DNA from: Azolla caroliniana
Taxonomy: Eukaryota; Plantae; Polypodiophyta
Length of the DNA: 64,000 nt
Assembly (NCBI GenBank): GCA_043228905.1
Contig: JBHGNT010000013.1
Coordinates: 11,160,001 to 11,224,000, forward strand
Reading direction: 5' to 3'
The first letter of the stretch is position 1, and every line of letters starts with the position of its first letter. Made by a program: the position numbers and the translations under genes. The notes beneath the pieces were generated by a model. That model made no database searches and was not told where the DNA came from. It saw only the letters and a list, made by a program, of their open reading frames with translations. This document shows positions 24,856 to 37,800 of this stretch, one piece after another.

Positions 24856-26149
24856 CACAATCTTTTCCCCCTCCTCTCAACAAACACAAAAAAAAACTCT
24901 CTCCCTCCCTCTCTCTCCCAAATATTAGTAATTACATACATACATACATACATATGTACATATATGAAATGGGTTTTTGAACTACATACTGCCACACGAA
25001 ATGCTACTAAAAAACCTGTCTCTATCTCTGTCTCTCTCATGTATTTATGTACATACATACTCAAGAGTCAAGAGTGTTGTGTTCTTCTAATAAGAGTCCA
25101 AACTTGTAAGGTGTTTAAGTCCATCCATCATATGCAAGAGTTGTGTGATTCCTTTATAAAGAAGAATTTCACACACGTGTGCTAGGACATAAAAGTGCAC
25201 CAAATATCACGTTGTCCCAAAGAGATGTACATAGAGAGAGACTGAGAGAGAGTTTGTGAGAGACTGACTGACTGACATATACATATGTGTACATACATAC
25301 AAAGAGAGCGTGTGAGAAACTAATAGACATACATATATGCATACATACATACAAAGACAGAAACAAATAGACATACACATACATACATATATACATATAA
25401 ATACAGACATGCATGCATACATACATGGGTAGATACATAGTTAGAGAGAGAGAGAGAGATGTTTGCTACTCGACTGGAGTGGTACCAACAATAATGATTT
25501 CTTTTTTGTTGGTGCCATTGTTGCTATGGATGATGAAAAGCATTTGATGCATAGGCTTGCCCACTAAAGTATACATTATGAAATGAATAACTGAAGATTG
25601 GGCTTTCGTGATGTTATATATGATCCCCAATTCTTGTTAGGGGAGTAGCCTTATTGAATTTGGAAGGTCGTGTGGTTGCTCGGGGATTTTGCCTCTTAAA
25701 AGGTATGTGTATAGAAGCTAAACCCTTGGAGCAATATGCAATATGTTATTTTGTAGAAAAAGGTTGGTATCTACCATGTGAAAATATAACAAATCGAACT
25801 AATGATGAGCAAAAGAATAAGAGATTAAGGAGAATAATGGATTAATGGTTCTTAACCAAACCAACCACCACTAAGCGAAGGACATGAAATGAACAAAAAA
25901 TACCATTGATGTCCCATACCATCAACTATTATCTTATGTTATACGTTAGTAGTTGAATAATGGATTTAATGAAGAAAATGTAACCCCAAACATAGAGTCT
26001 TGATAGGATCCCAAGATATCGTAATGAAGGGGGTAGCTAGTCCCCTTTATTTAGCCCGACATTAAAGGCTCTCAGACCCCAACATGTCATACGTCCTTAT
26101 GGGTTTGTTCCAATTCTTAGGATAACGCGTTTCCCAAATATCCTACCCT

Positions 26150-27370
26150 TAATCAATTAAAAAAGGGTATTGAATTGGTCCTTATAGTTATGCCGATAAA
26201 ATACTCCCCATTTCCCAAATATTGCACTCTTCCAATGACAAATCAAAATTAGGGAAGCGAGATTTAAGAACGTGTTGAAATTAGTTTCCGACCTTTTAAA
26301 GATATAAATCCATAAATCTCTAGTAAATTTAAAATCTCTATCACTTACTACATCTACAAATAGCATGCAAAATTAGGATAACTCGTCAACCAATTCATGA
26401 GTCGTTAACATGGTTTTAGTTTGTATAATTTGAGCTAATTTTGTTAATTGATCGACAATAACCCATATAGAGGCATGACCTCTTTCTATTCAAGGCAAGT
26501 TAACAAAAAAAACCATGTATATATACTTTTCCATTTATTATATAGGAACACTTAGTGAATGCAAAGGAATTGCAACTTGACTCTGCTCAACCTTATATAC
26601 TTAACATTGCAAACATTTGATTACATAGTTTTGCATATCATGGCATAATTTAGGATGAAAAAAGTGTAGAGATTACAATAAGATATGTTTGATCTTTTTG
26701 AGTGTGCCTAATTGAGGGTGTACCATGATATGAAAAAATATTTTTACTTTTCTCTTGAGGGAGATATAGAATACAAACTTTCCTATTAGGGCAATGCAAA
26801 TAACTAGAAATGTGAAAGATCGAGTTCAAGGGTGTGTTGACCTTAGTGGCATATTTACCATATTTAACTCTCATCTAGTATCTAATGAGTAAATGATCAT
26901 CAAGGTATTTCCCTCAATGTTGATAAAAAAGACTAGATTTAAACATGTTAACCTCATGAATATGATTAAGAGCATCAACAATTAGTGGTTCGTTGTGACC
27001 ACAAAATAATTTCGAGATGACTAATGTCTCCAAGTTTTAATTGCATGAATAACTCCAAAACTATTTTTTTTCTTAAGTTGACCATTGACATTGAGTAGAA
27101 TCAAGTTTCATACTCTCAAAAGTAATAGGTTTTCTATCTTGGTAAAGAACAATGTCCATTGTATAATTAATAGTGTCGATTTCAACCTTAAAAGGCTTGG
27201 AAAGGTCAAACAATCTAAGTTTAGAAGCACACATAGGTGGTAATTTGGTTGGACATTGTCAAAAAATTATGCACATGCCAATGAAAGTTGAGTGGAACCA
27301 CCAAAGACCTAAACTAGGGAAGATGGTAATCTTGATGGAGAATTACAAACGATTGAAATTCCACCTAATA
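26150..27370 (-). mobile_element. Highly decayed gypsy pol remnant (RNase H and integrase)
   Basis: VVSDRDFKFTRDLW (integrase core) and DLSKPFKVEID (RNase H start) on minus. Confidence 0.65.
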
Positions 27371-28221
27371 TGTGTTGGGACACTTAGATTTTCTCTATTA
27401 CGAATAATGCTAGTTGCATGTGTGTGACAACCCTCTTGGAATGTTAACTCGAGTAAACATTGACGCCTTGCTTGAGTACCTTTGTGTTGATGTGAGTTCA
27501 ATAACTTTGTGTAAGTATCGATGTAGCGTGATGAGTGTGTAAATATGTTCAAACTTTTGTTGTTGTACTTGTGTTCTTGTGCAAGTCCATACCAAATAGT
27601 ATAGAAATGTTATGTCTCTGAGTATGAGTATGTAAACTATGTGTGCATGTGAATGTGTGTTGGAGAATGACAAGGGTATTTGGGAAAAGTGTGAAGTTCA
27701 CCTTATTCCCTCTTTTCTTGTGGATGGAACTTTAGCTAACTCAATGTTCCAATGTTGGTTTGAGGATATTTGGCTTGACAAAGTGCAAGTGCTTCCTTAT
27801 TAGTCGGACATAAGTTTTCCTAAAACTGGTGTTACAGGTTCAACTCCTTCCATTTGCCAATCTCTTTATTCCATAACTTCTTCCTTGAAACTCTGATTTC
27901 TGATCCAAAACTTTTATTGTGATCCTCATAGAATTCCCTAGCTATTGCACAATGATCCACAAATTTTCAAAATAAAAAATTTCCCTCTATGAAATTAACA
28001 TGACTGCGCGTGTAGTTCAACACTTGATGCTTTCATTTTCGATGTAGAAGTTCTGTCGGGATCCTCATGCAATCTCAGATCACAAAAAGCATAATTAAAA
28101 AAATTTCTTTAAATACATAAACTTTGATTCATTAAGATGGAAACATTTCAAGATATATATCGTTATGCACACATAATGTAGGTGAGGGTAGGTCACTGAA
28201 ATTCACAAAACATAAGTGAAT

Positions 28222-28757
28222 TGTTGGGAAATCGGTCTCTCCGGATGGGATCCAGTGATGAATAAAGAGGACCCGGTGAGAACCGGAAGAGATCCGGAAA
28301 TCGGAGGAGACCCGGTGAGAACCGAAAGAGAAGACATATCTGTAAATATGTTTTGAGTAAGCCTATTGAGGCTATATTTATAAATAGCCCTAAGTTCATA
28401 TAAGTATAAATATGACTTAGGGCAATCATTTTGTATTGTGTGTTGTTATATTCTTGTAGGTGCATAACTACTGTACAAAGAGCGACAAAGAGAGAGAGAG
28501 AGTAAGATACAGAGAAATACTTTGTTGTAACCGCCGATTGACAAAGAAACAGAGCTCGAGGTCGTTGCCTCCGAGTCTCGGATTGTACCCTCTTTTCTTC
28601 ATAGTGATAGTTGGAGTCTGTGGGCTCCCGTGGTTTTTTCCATTCAGGGTTTTCCACGTAAACATCATGTGTCATTTCTGTGTACTCTCTCGTTCTTTCC
28701 ATTTTTGTGATTCAAAATTCGGTTGTGGCTGAGCAATATTCCACGATTTTCTCAACA
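28222..28757 (+). mobile_element. Solo LTR (copia, Tork/Tnt1-like)
   Basis: TGTTGG...TCAACA with perfect TSD TGAAT. Carries the motif CCGTGGTTTTTTCC..GGGTTTTCCACGTAAA. Homologous to 34819-35608 and 52704-53248. Confidence 0.92.
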
Positions 28758-29424
28758 TGAATGATATGTTCAATAATGTTAGAAAGAGACGAATGTGATG
28801 AGATAGAAGCAATGATAGGTGCATGCATTATCATGATCTTGACAACCTATGAATGGAGAGTCTTTTAGAAAAACACACCTATTCAAGGGACCTAGGAAGA
28901 AGTATAAATATGAGGCCTATTTGCCCTCTTAAAACACATTACGTCAGAAGGTTGTTGAAGTCTTGAGACACCAATGGTGTAGGCCAGGCTTTCCTCACAA
29001 CGATCGTGCTACCTATTCCAAGGTACTAATCATCCTAATATTTTTCAATATGGGACATCAATGGTAGGTTGGCTATGCCTTGATTATAGCTCGGGGGTGG
29101 TAGAGAGGAATGAGTTCTTCTATCCAACCTATTCACCTTAATTTGGTCTATTGATTAGTAATAGACTCTTACAATATATAATCGATTTTCAAAGCAAGGG
29201 ATTAAGATACAATCAACTTTTCCATGCAATGACCAACTACATTACACAAGGTGTGAGATTTTGAGATGATGAAAGATATAATCAAAAAATAACATGAGGA
29301 GATCCTTGAGTTTTGGTGTAACAAGTCTACAATCAATGACCACTTCGCCTTTTATCGTTGTAGGCCTCCTATTCCTCCCCTAGATTCACTATACTATCCT
29401 AATCCATTCGTTGACAAAGCTTGG

Positions 29425-29790
29425 GTGTCCTCAAAATGTTGATCCTTGGCAATAAGCTCTCTTCATTTTATATGTTTCCATGGGTGCTTCATTCTTTCAG
29501 GGGTACATATTTAAACTGCTCTATTGCAGTTCCAAACTACAATGTATAACTTTGATTCTATTGTAATACTAGTCACAAATCCTTATTTGGTGTGCTTGTC
29601 ATTATGGGCTTCCTTAAAATGTTGATCCTTGGCAATAAGCTCTCCTTCTCATTCTACACATTTCTATGACCGCACCATTCTTTTAGGGGTGTGTTTAAAG
29701 TGCTTTGTTGTAGTTCCAAACTACAGTTTGTAACTTTGATTCTATGGCAACACTTGCCATGACTCTTTATTAGGTGTGCTTGCCTTTCTT
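29425..29790. repeat. Two ~185-bp tandem copies
   Basis: AAAATGTTGATCCTTGGCAATAAGCTCT...GTTCCAAACTACA..TAACTTTGATTCTAT..GGTGTGCTTG occurs twice. Confidence 0.8.
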
Positions 29791-29999
29791 TTCTTTTCTT
29801 TTCCAAGAAAGATACACCTTAGTATATTACTTGAGAAATGTACATATAGAAAACATAAGGAGACATTTCATCTCACCTCTATTGTAATACAAAAGCTAAT
29901 ACCAACATTTGATCAAACAGATGATATCATATAAGAAACAAATGGAGCACAATCTACAAGCTATGCAATAAAAAAGAAGGTATGTCATAATTCCACTTC

Positions 30000-30640
30000 A
30001 TACCAGAAGTTGTATCTTAAAATAAGTGAAGCCATCGCCACCGTTTCTTAAAGTCCAGTTGACATTGCCTTTGAGCATCAGTTGAACCTTGTAGATCATC
30101 ATATTGCCCATGTATGGTATGGACAAATAACAGCCAGAATTCAATAAGCATAGTACTGAGATGTATGTGACCATTATTAAAAACAACATCACATATCATT
30201 TTTCATATTGTCCAAAGAGCTAACGACGTAATAGTACGCCAAATAACCAAAATTTCAGTTCTAAACCATGGAATAAATGATGGAAATGAAGTGAGATAGA
30301 TGTACCCATTGGAAAAGTGAAAGACATGAGAAACATGCATACTTTCATACTTCATAACATCTCCATGAAGGACACCCCATAATACTGCACGCCACGAGAA
30401 AATAGAATGAGAATAATGGTGTCTCAGTAATAAAAACAACTTACTCCAGAATTGCTTGATTTTGGGACATAACCAAAACCAATGAAAAATAGATTTTGTA
30501 GATGCACCACAATGCAGTCCACAAGCATATTGTTGATTTTGCCTCAACCAATCACCAACAAGATGAGCATAATGCATCAACAACCAACGAAAATAAATCA
30601 CTTTTTTCGGCAACTACATACTCCACAACCATTTCCACAA
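30000..30640 (-). mobile_element. L1-type LINE 3' remnant (zf-RVT region)
   Basis: FRWLLMH..L.VGDWL...CGLHCGASTKSIFHWFWLCPKIKQFW resembles the zf-RVT signature. Confidence 0.7.
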
Positions 30641-30642
30641 AT

Positions 30643-31662
30643 GTCTAAGTCGGATACGATAATTCGGCTTGAAGGGTACACAAATGCGGATTGGGCCGGC
30701 TACAAGGCCGATAAACGATCCACATCAGGATTCGTATTCTCCCTTGGTAGCGGAGCGATCTCTGGAGCAAGAAAAAGCAGCCTACATTCGCATTGTCTAG
30801 CGTAGAGGCTGAGTACAGGGGCGCGACTGTCACGACATGCGAGGTCGTCTGACTGAAGTGCATATTGAAGGATCTCGGCATTCCCATCAAGGATCTGATT
30901 CTCCTATACTGCGACAATATGAGCTGAATATCTACTTGGCTCGGAACCCCGTGTTCCACATACGGATTAAGCATATCGAAGTGCACTATCACTTAATCTA
31001 AAAGCGTGTTCAGGTTGGAGATGTCGATTTACAACACATTAGCATGCACCTTCAAGTTGTTGATATCTTCACAAAAGCCTTAGGAGTCGACAAGCTTGAG
31101 CAATTTACATCGGACCTTGGTCTCACAATATTTGCATTGCCCAGCTTGAGGGGGAGTACCGAATAATAGCAACGAGAGGAGTTGAAAGTAGTAGCCGATC
31201 AGCTGATCGAAGCCAACTAGAGGGGTTGAAGTATGATGATAATCGAGCAGAATAAGGAGCACGAAGCACCCGAATAGTCAAAGTTGTGTCAACTAACCGT
31301 CCGAAAGTCAATTCAACCGAATTGAAGATTTCGAAGATTGAACTGAACCAACTTTTCGACATTCGGAAGTTGTGTTCGAAGGGGCGTGTTGAGAATCGAG
31401 CTCAACATCCCATAGAGATAGTGTTCACACTAGTCAATGGACATTATACTAGGCTAGTTTTGTAATTAGTAGAAAGGGCACTTGCCCTAGACTAGTTGGT
31501 ATTTAAACCAACTCCTTGTAACTTAGTTATTGTTGGATGTAATTCTATTTTTTACTTACATAGCTTCTTGTTCAGAGCTCTCTCTCTCTTAGCTTGTCTT
31601 ACGTACACACACAGATTACTTTTGCTGCACAGTATCACCTACATCACTCACGTTTCTTTACA
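30643..31662 (+). mobile_element. Copia 3' fragment (RNase H, spacer, 3' LTR from 31387; right end approximate)
   Basis: GYTNADWAGYKADKRSTSGFVF, KHIEVHYH, DIFTKALG. The LTR start TGTTGAGAATCGAGCTCAACA matches the 4911/61423 family. Confidence 0.8.
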
Positions 31663-31919
31663 TGAATCTTACTTGAAGGTTGAAGGTGTGTAGGTTGCAC
31701 GCAACAAGAGTCCGTCGTCTTCCACTCTGTAATATACACTGTGCTAGCTCCCTCAGACCTCTCCCTCTTTCTCTCTCTCTCTCTCTCTCAAGTATGTGTG
31801 GAGAGTCATAAGTCGTCAATCTGTGTGCAGACAATAGACTCATGACTCGTAACTCGTGAGTGGTCACTCTAGTCTCGATTCTCTAACCTAATAGACTATA
31901 GTAATTAAATCACATAAAC

Positions 31920-32085
31920 AACTTAGCCGGGTTTGAGTCGGTTTGGCAAGACTCAAGCCAAGTTGAGCCGAGCTCAAACCATTAAGGTAGGCTTAGGACT
32001 AAGTCGAGTCGAACCGAGCCGCTAAGCCGTTTTAAACAGGTTTAGCCAAACGGTTTGGCTTGAGCCAAGCCGTTGCCGATCCCTA
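31920..32085 (-). mobile_element. One end of a hAT-type MITE
   Basis: Ends CCGTTGCCGATCCCTA and is the reverse complement of 55998-56170. Confidence 0.75.
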
Positions 32086-32344
32086 GATAGAAGAAAACAA
32101 TAGGAAGCAATGTAGTCTAATGGACAACCTATTGTGAAAGGAAGGCATTGATGTCATGTTGTCTTGGAATACTCACATGCCAAATCAACACAACCCAAAG
32201 CACGCATTCAATTAAAGCATGAGTACTTCCACCGAAAGTGTTATATATTTAGTCACCTAAATGTGCATGGGTGTGCTATTTGAGTGGAACCAAAGTGGTC
32301 TTGGACCAAGGAGGACAGAAAGACTAGGAAGGTGTGGATGTTAG

Positions 32345-32525
32345 TTGACTCGAAGGATCCTCAGAGTCGAAAGCTTGTCAAACTCGAAGGTTCAACAAAC
32401 TCAAGGGCTCCTTAGAGTCAAAGGCTCCTCAGACTCAAAGGCTCTCCAAAGTCGAAGGATCTTCAGACTTGGAGGCTCTCTAGAATTGAAGTCTCATCGA
32501 AGTCGAAGGGAGTGAGGAGTCGAAC
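32345..32525. repeat. ~21-bp tandem array (GACTCGAAGG core) in an LTR-like repeat
   Basis: About 8 copies. The downstream TCCCTTTATAAAATAGGG is shared with ~40550. Confidence 0.75.
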
Positions 32526-34818
32526 AACGATTAACGCACAAGGTTAGAATCAAAACACGCGATTAGCTCAAGGAAAATGAGATTACAAAGGATTGCACAA
32601 TATTAATACAAAAAATGGGCCACTTTTTAGGCCAAAAACGATAGATTAAGAATAGAAAATCCCTTTATAAAATAGGGTTGCAAATGTAAATGGTGATTAA
32701 ATATAACGGTGGTAACAATAATCAATGAAATGAGCGATTAGAAGATAACCATCAAGTTTAAATGAAAATGAAAGTTGGGAATCAACCGAGTTTCCGGTGA
32801 AGGTATGAGTCAAGTGGGCCACCAAGACTACAACTACCTTTGATAGCTACAATGCCTCGAATCAGAATAGGGATTTTGTGTCACTTTGTCTTTCCTTCAA
32901 ACAACTAGTGTGCGACTTTACCTAACCTTTTTTGTTAATCCACCAATGTGTGATGACACTCACTAGAGATTTCCTCTCAATGTACGCTTGAGAACAAGAA
33001 CAAGAACAAGAACCCTAAAAGCTTGCGAAGAAGAAAAGAAGAAACCCTAATGGTACCCTCTATGACACAAAACAAGAGACCTCCAACTCTAATGGTACAC
33101 CTCAACAAAATAGGCAATCTTATAAAAATGAGGATGAGAAAGTAATCAAACCCTAATGGTATGCCCCAAACCATTAAAATGGTGACCCAAAATAAGCCCT
33201 CTTTTCTCCTTTTTATAGAGAAAAATCCCTATCTTTCTTTGGAAAAGAAAAAAGAAAAAATAGTCATAAATACTCACTTTGCTCATAGAGAATTGAACGA
33301 TGCACCCATAGTACGTCTATGGCTCTAACATCTAAGCTATTCAATGACACCGTTATTTGGGTGAAAGCATGGGAATAGGAACAATTAGTTGTGTCCTTGA
33401 CATTGTCATGAACATCGACTCGAATGTGAACCTTAGGCCCTTGTATATATATATTTCTCCTAAACATACTTTAGACTTCAAACCTTTGTATAAAGAGTGG
33501 TATATAAGACCCACTATGGAAGACTCAATATGTAGGACCCCTAGTATGTAAGACTTGGCATGCAAGAATTAGTATGCTTGATATTATAGTATGTATGACT
33601 TGGCATGAGCATGCTTCTCATGTATCACTACATGTATAAAAAGGGTTGATCTCTCTTGTTAACATCAAGGAGATCAACACCATTCATGGAATAGATACTT
33701 TTACTCATTGTCATCAACTTCTTGATCTCCCTATCTCCAATTGTTCATCCGTGACAGATTGATCTCCTTCCTTCTTTCCTTCTTTCTCAATACACTATCA
33801 TGTCAGAATAATCTAGTAATCTTGAGAAAATTTTGGTTGTTGTGCAACAACTCCAGCATGAGAATGCGAACTTGCGAAACTCTATTCAAGAACTTCAGGC
33901 AGCCACAACGGTTATACCTCACCCGATTGTTGACCCTTATGCTGTAGAACCCAATGTCAGCTTGCTAAAAAAAATCGATGGAACAAGGTCACAGCTAAGA
34001 GGTTTCATCAACCAAATCTGCCTTATTATTTGACTTTAGCCCCGACGCTATTCTGATGACTTTCGACAAGTTGGGCTCATCGACACGTTGCTGACAGGAC
34101 AAGCACAAGCTTGGTTTGCCCCTCTAGTAGAGACCTCTTCGCCTCTCTTGAATGACTTCCAAGCATTTCTTACCGAATTTGAGGCAACTTTTGGGGAGAC
34201 CGACAAACGACGAGCCACACTCAACAAACTATATGTGTTACAACAAGGAGATTGTGCGACATCAATCTATGCATCCAAATTTCGTCAGCTCGCGTGCGAT
34301 GTCGAGTGGGACGAACAATCCCTCCTTGATCAATTCCGCCGAGGAGTACGAGGTGAGATAAAATATCTTTTACTTAACTTTCTTGAGCCCACATCTTTGA
34401 ATGAAGCTCCCAAGCTGTGCGCTGCGATAACCATCTCTTTGAGTTCCGGCAAGAGGAACGTCCTCACCGGATCAATCCACCTTGGCCAGCCGCTACGGGA
34501 AGTCACCTACCATGGTTGACGACCCCGCCTCCCATGTCATCCTCCACTTCATCTTCAACTCCCACCACATATTCTAGCTCGTCGAAGGAGATCAATTTGT
34601 CACGGATGAACAATTGGAGATAGAGAGATGGGGAAGTTGATGAGATAGGGAGATCGAGATGATGTGATGAGGTTAAAAGTGAGTTCTTCCTAGTGGGCTC
34701 CTATGTGGAGACCCAAGGGAATTGTTGTATCTGTGATGGCACCATAAGATAGCGTTCAACCATCGATCACGTCAACTGGAATTGGGATGGTTATTTTGTT
34801 GCTTGGAATGTTGTGTTT

Positions 34819-35090
34819 TGACAGGAACTGCACGCTCCCGATGAACAACGCTTGGCCACAAACAAGCTTAGATCGAACACAGAAAAAATGGGAATGAATG
34901 CACGACACAAAGGAGAGAAGAGTACACAGGAAGTTTACGTGGAAAACCCAAACTAGGGAAAAACCATGGCAGCCCACAGGCTGCAAACTATCACTATGTT
35001 ACAATGTACAACAGTAAAGCACCGAGGCAACAACCTCGAGCTTTCTATCTTCGCCATAGGCGGTAGTTACAACAGAGGCAACAACCTCTT

Positions 35091-35136
<46 letters not shown>

Positions 35137-35608
35137 CACAGTTACGCGCTCTCTATTCTTGCACCAACAAGAATGACAACAACAATCATCAATACTTTCT
35201 CTGTTTGCCCTAAGTCATATTTATACTAATATGACTTTTCGGCTATTTACAAATATAGCCTCGATGGACTCTTAGAAACATATTTACGAATATGTCCCTT
35301 CATCCGGTGAGCACTTCTCACCGGGCCTTCACCATCCGGCTCTTGCCGGGTACTCCTCATCTGGTTCCCACCGGGTCTTCTGTAGTCGGGTACTCCTCAT
35401 CCGGTTCTCACCGGGTCTTCCATAGTCGGGTACTCCTCATCCGGTTCTCACCGGGTCTTCCGTAGTTGGGTACTCCTCATCCAGTTCTCACCGGGTCTTC
35501 CGTAGCTGGGCACTCCTCATCCGGTTCTCACCGGGTCTTCCGTAGCTGGGCACTCCTCATCCGGTTCTCACCGGGTCTTCACCATCCGGAGGGACCTGTC
35601 TCCCAACA
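34819..35608 (-). mobile_element. Solo LTR (same family as 28222) inserted in the inverted chromovirus protease
   Basis: TG..CA ends and TSD TGTTT (34814-34818, 35609-35613). The protease LLDFGATSCFIDIMFAQKH|NIPSNKITIPIPVDVIDG is split by it. Confidence 0.9.
35345..35585. repeat. 39-bp tandem repeat (~6 copies) in the U3 of the solo LTR
   Basis: GGGTACTCCTCATCCGGTTCTCACCGGGTCTTCCGTAGT repeated head to tail without spacers. Confidence 0.93.
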
Positions 35609-36063
35609 TGTTTTTGTGCAAACATGATGTCAATAAAGCAAGATGTAGCCCCAAAATCCAACAAAGCTTTTGTCTTCAGAGTGGTAGAGCCAAACTGAAG
35701 AGTGATCAGAAGCGTGAACCTTGTTGTTGAGGAAGTTGGTTGATAGGGCCCTTGACATAATTGTTGACTCTTGTGGTCCAGATGCACAACCCCTACTGCA
35801 ACTGGACATTGGAGTTTTCCTGTTGGCAGAAAATATCAACCCCATCCACACGATGTGGTGTTTGACGGGGTCCCTTTTTTGAGCAAGAGTGGATCAAATG
35901 GTCAGGGTTGCCACAATAGAGACATAAATTGTTGGCTTGTCGATGTTATCGTTGCATGTTAGTCAATGGTCGGTACCCAGTTTATGACAAAGAACTCTCT
36001 ACCATTATTGTAGCCTTTGAAGAATGACGTCCTTACTTAGTAGGCGCCCAACACTGTGTCTAG

Positions 36064-37800
36064 GTGGTGATCGATCACAGGAACCTCGTCTACTTCACCA
36101 CTACTCACATTTTGAACCAGAGACAAGTGCGATGGTCGACCTTCTTGGCTGACTACAACTTTGAATTTGTTTTTCGTCCCGATGCCCAACATGGTAAAGC
36201 CGATGCTATATCTCGGCGTTTGGAATTCGAAATCCGACCAGGAGATGAGACCTACAATCAACAATCACGTTGTCTCCTACAGCCACATCAAATTCAACTC
36301 TTTGCATCATATATGGGTGCAGATGAATCATTACTCAACGAAATAGCCATCGATACTACCACCGACAAATTTGCAAAAGAAATTAAGGAGAATCGAGTCA
36401 ACAAATCAACCATAAAGGAGGTACGAAATAGTCAAGACCAATTTATGTTTCGAGATGGTTTTCTTTTTTGGAACAACTTAATGTATGTCCCAGATGGTCC
36501 TTGTCGTATCCATATCATGAAGGAATGCCATGATGATGCCCTAGTTGGACATTTTGGCGTTGCAGAAACTTTAGAGTTTATCTCTAGAAGTTATTGGTGG
36601 CCGCAACCGTGGAAACTTGTTAAACAATTTGTGAAAACATGTGATATATGTACCCACGCCAAAGCAGTACATCATCGTCCCTACGGTCTACTTCAACCTT
36701 TGGCAATTCCAAGTAGGCCATGGGCCTCCATCTCGACGGATTTTATCACTGACCTTCCCGACATTGAAGGATTCAATTCAGTATTGGTGGTGGTGGATAG
36801 AATCACCAAGATAGCACATTTTATTCCATGTTCTAAAGCAATTTCAGGGATGGAAACAACAGATCTATTGTTAACAAATATTGTGCGCCTTCATGGTTTA
36901 CCGGATGACATTATCTCTGATCGTGGTCCCCAATTTATGTCTCATTTCTGGAAGCGCCTCTTCCAGACTCTTGGAACTTCCACAAAATGTTCGACAGCCT
37001 TGCATCCTGAGACAAACGGCCAAACAGAACGAGTAAATAAGATCCTAGAGCAATATCTCCGATGTATTATAAGTTATCAACAAGACGATTAGATCAAATT
37101 TCTTCCAACGGTTGAGTTCGCCTACAACAATACTCTCCACACATCAACTAGCGTAACACCCTTCTTCGCAAATTATGGGTTCCATCCACACTTTAGCATA
37201 GCTATCCCTGCTAGTTCTGTGAATCCATTTGCTGAAGAACGAGTTCGTCTGATGAAAGAAGCGCATCATGACCTATCCCTAGAACTCTCCATTGCTCAGG
37301 AACGACACATACAGAAGGCTGATCAACATCGGTGGCCTGCGCCTGGTTTTAAAGTCGGTGACATGGTCTGGCTATTACATCGGCATATTCTGACAACTCG
37401 CCCATGCAACAAACTTGATTACAAAAAGTTGGGTCCATTCTGCATCATTGATAAAGTCAACCCTGTGGCTTTCCGTCTTGCTCTTCCATCACACTACCGA
37501 ATTCACAATGTCTTCCATGCATCACTTCTTGCGCTCTATCATCCATCCTCAATTCTAGGAAGAAGCATCGAGCCACCTCCCCCTGTGGCTTTGGCAACTG
37601 GGGATGAATATGAAGTCGAGACCATTTTGGACTCGCGGGAGAGCCGGCGAAAGCTCAAGTATCTTGTATTATGGAAAGGATATCCCATCTCTGAGGCTAC
37701 ATGGGAGCCCACTAGAAATTTACTAAATGCCCCGAAGTGGTTCATGATTTTCATCTCCGATATCCTTACAAACCCGCACCTTCTTGAAGTCGGCACTTAA
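36064..37800 (+). pseudogene. RNase H C-terminus, integrase and chromodomain of the chromovirus (premature stop at 37090-37092)
   Basis: ORFs 36064..37092 and 37219..37800 are in frame. Chromodomain EYEVETILDSR..KYLVLWKGYPISEATWEP. Confidence 0.92.

Noticed and set aside
24447-25185. Poly-Leu and poly-Arg ORFs
   Set aside because: Alternative-frame and antisense readings of the poly-Ser microsatellite.
25169-25460. Hydrophobic small ORFs upstream of SMARCAL1
   Set aside because: Translations of ACAT/AG microsatellites.
35345-35585. Possible CRISPR array
   Set aside because: Head-to-tail 39-bp repeats with no unique spacers, inside a eukaryotic LTR, and no cas genes.
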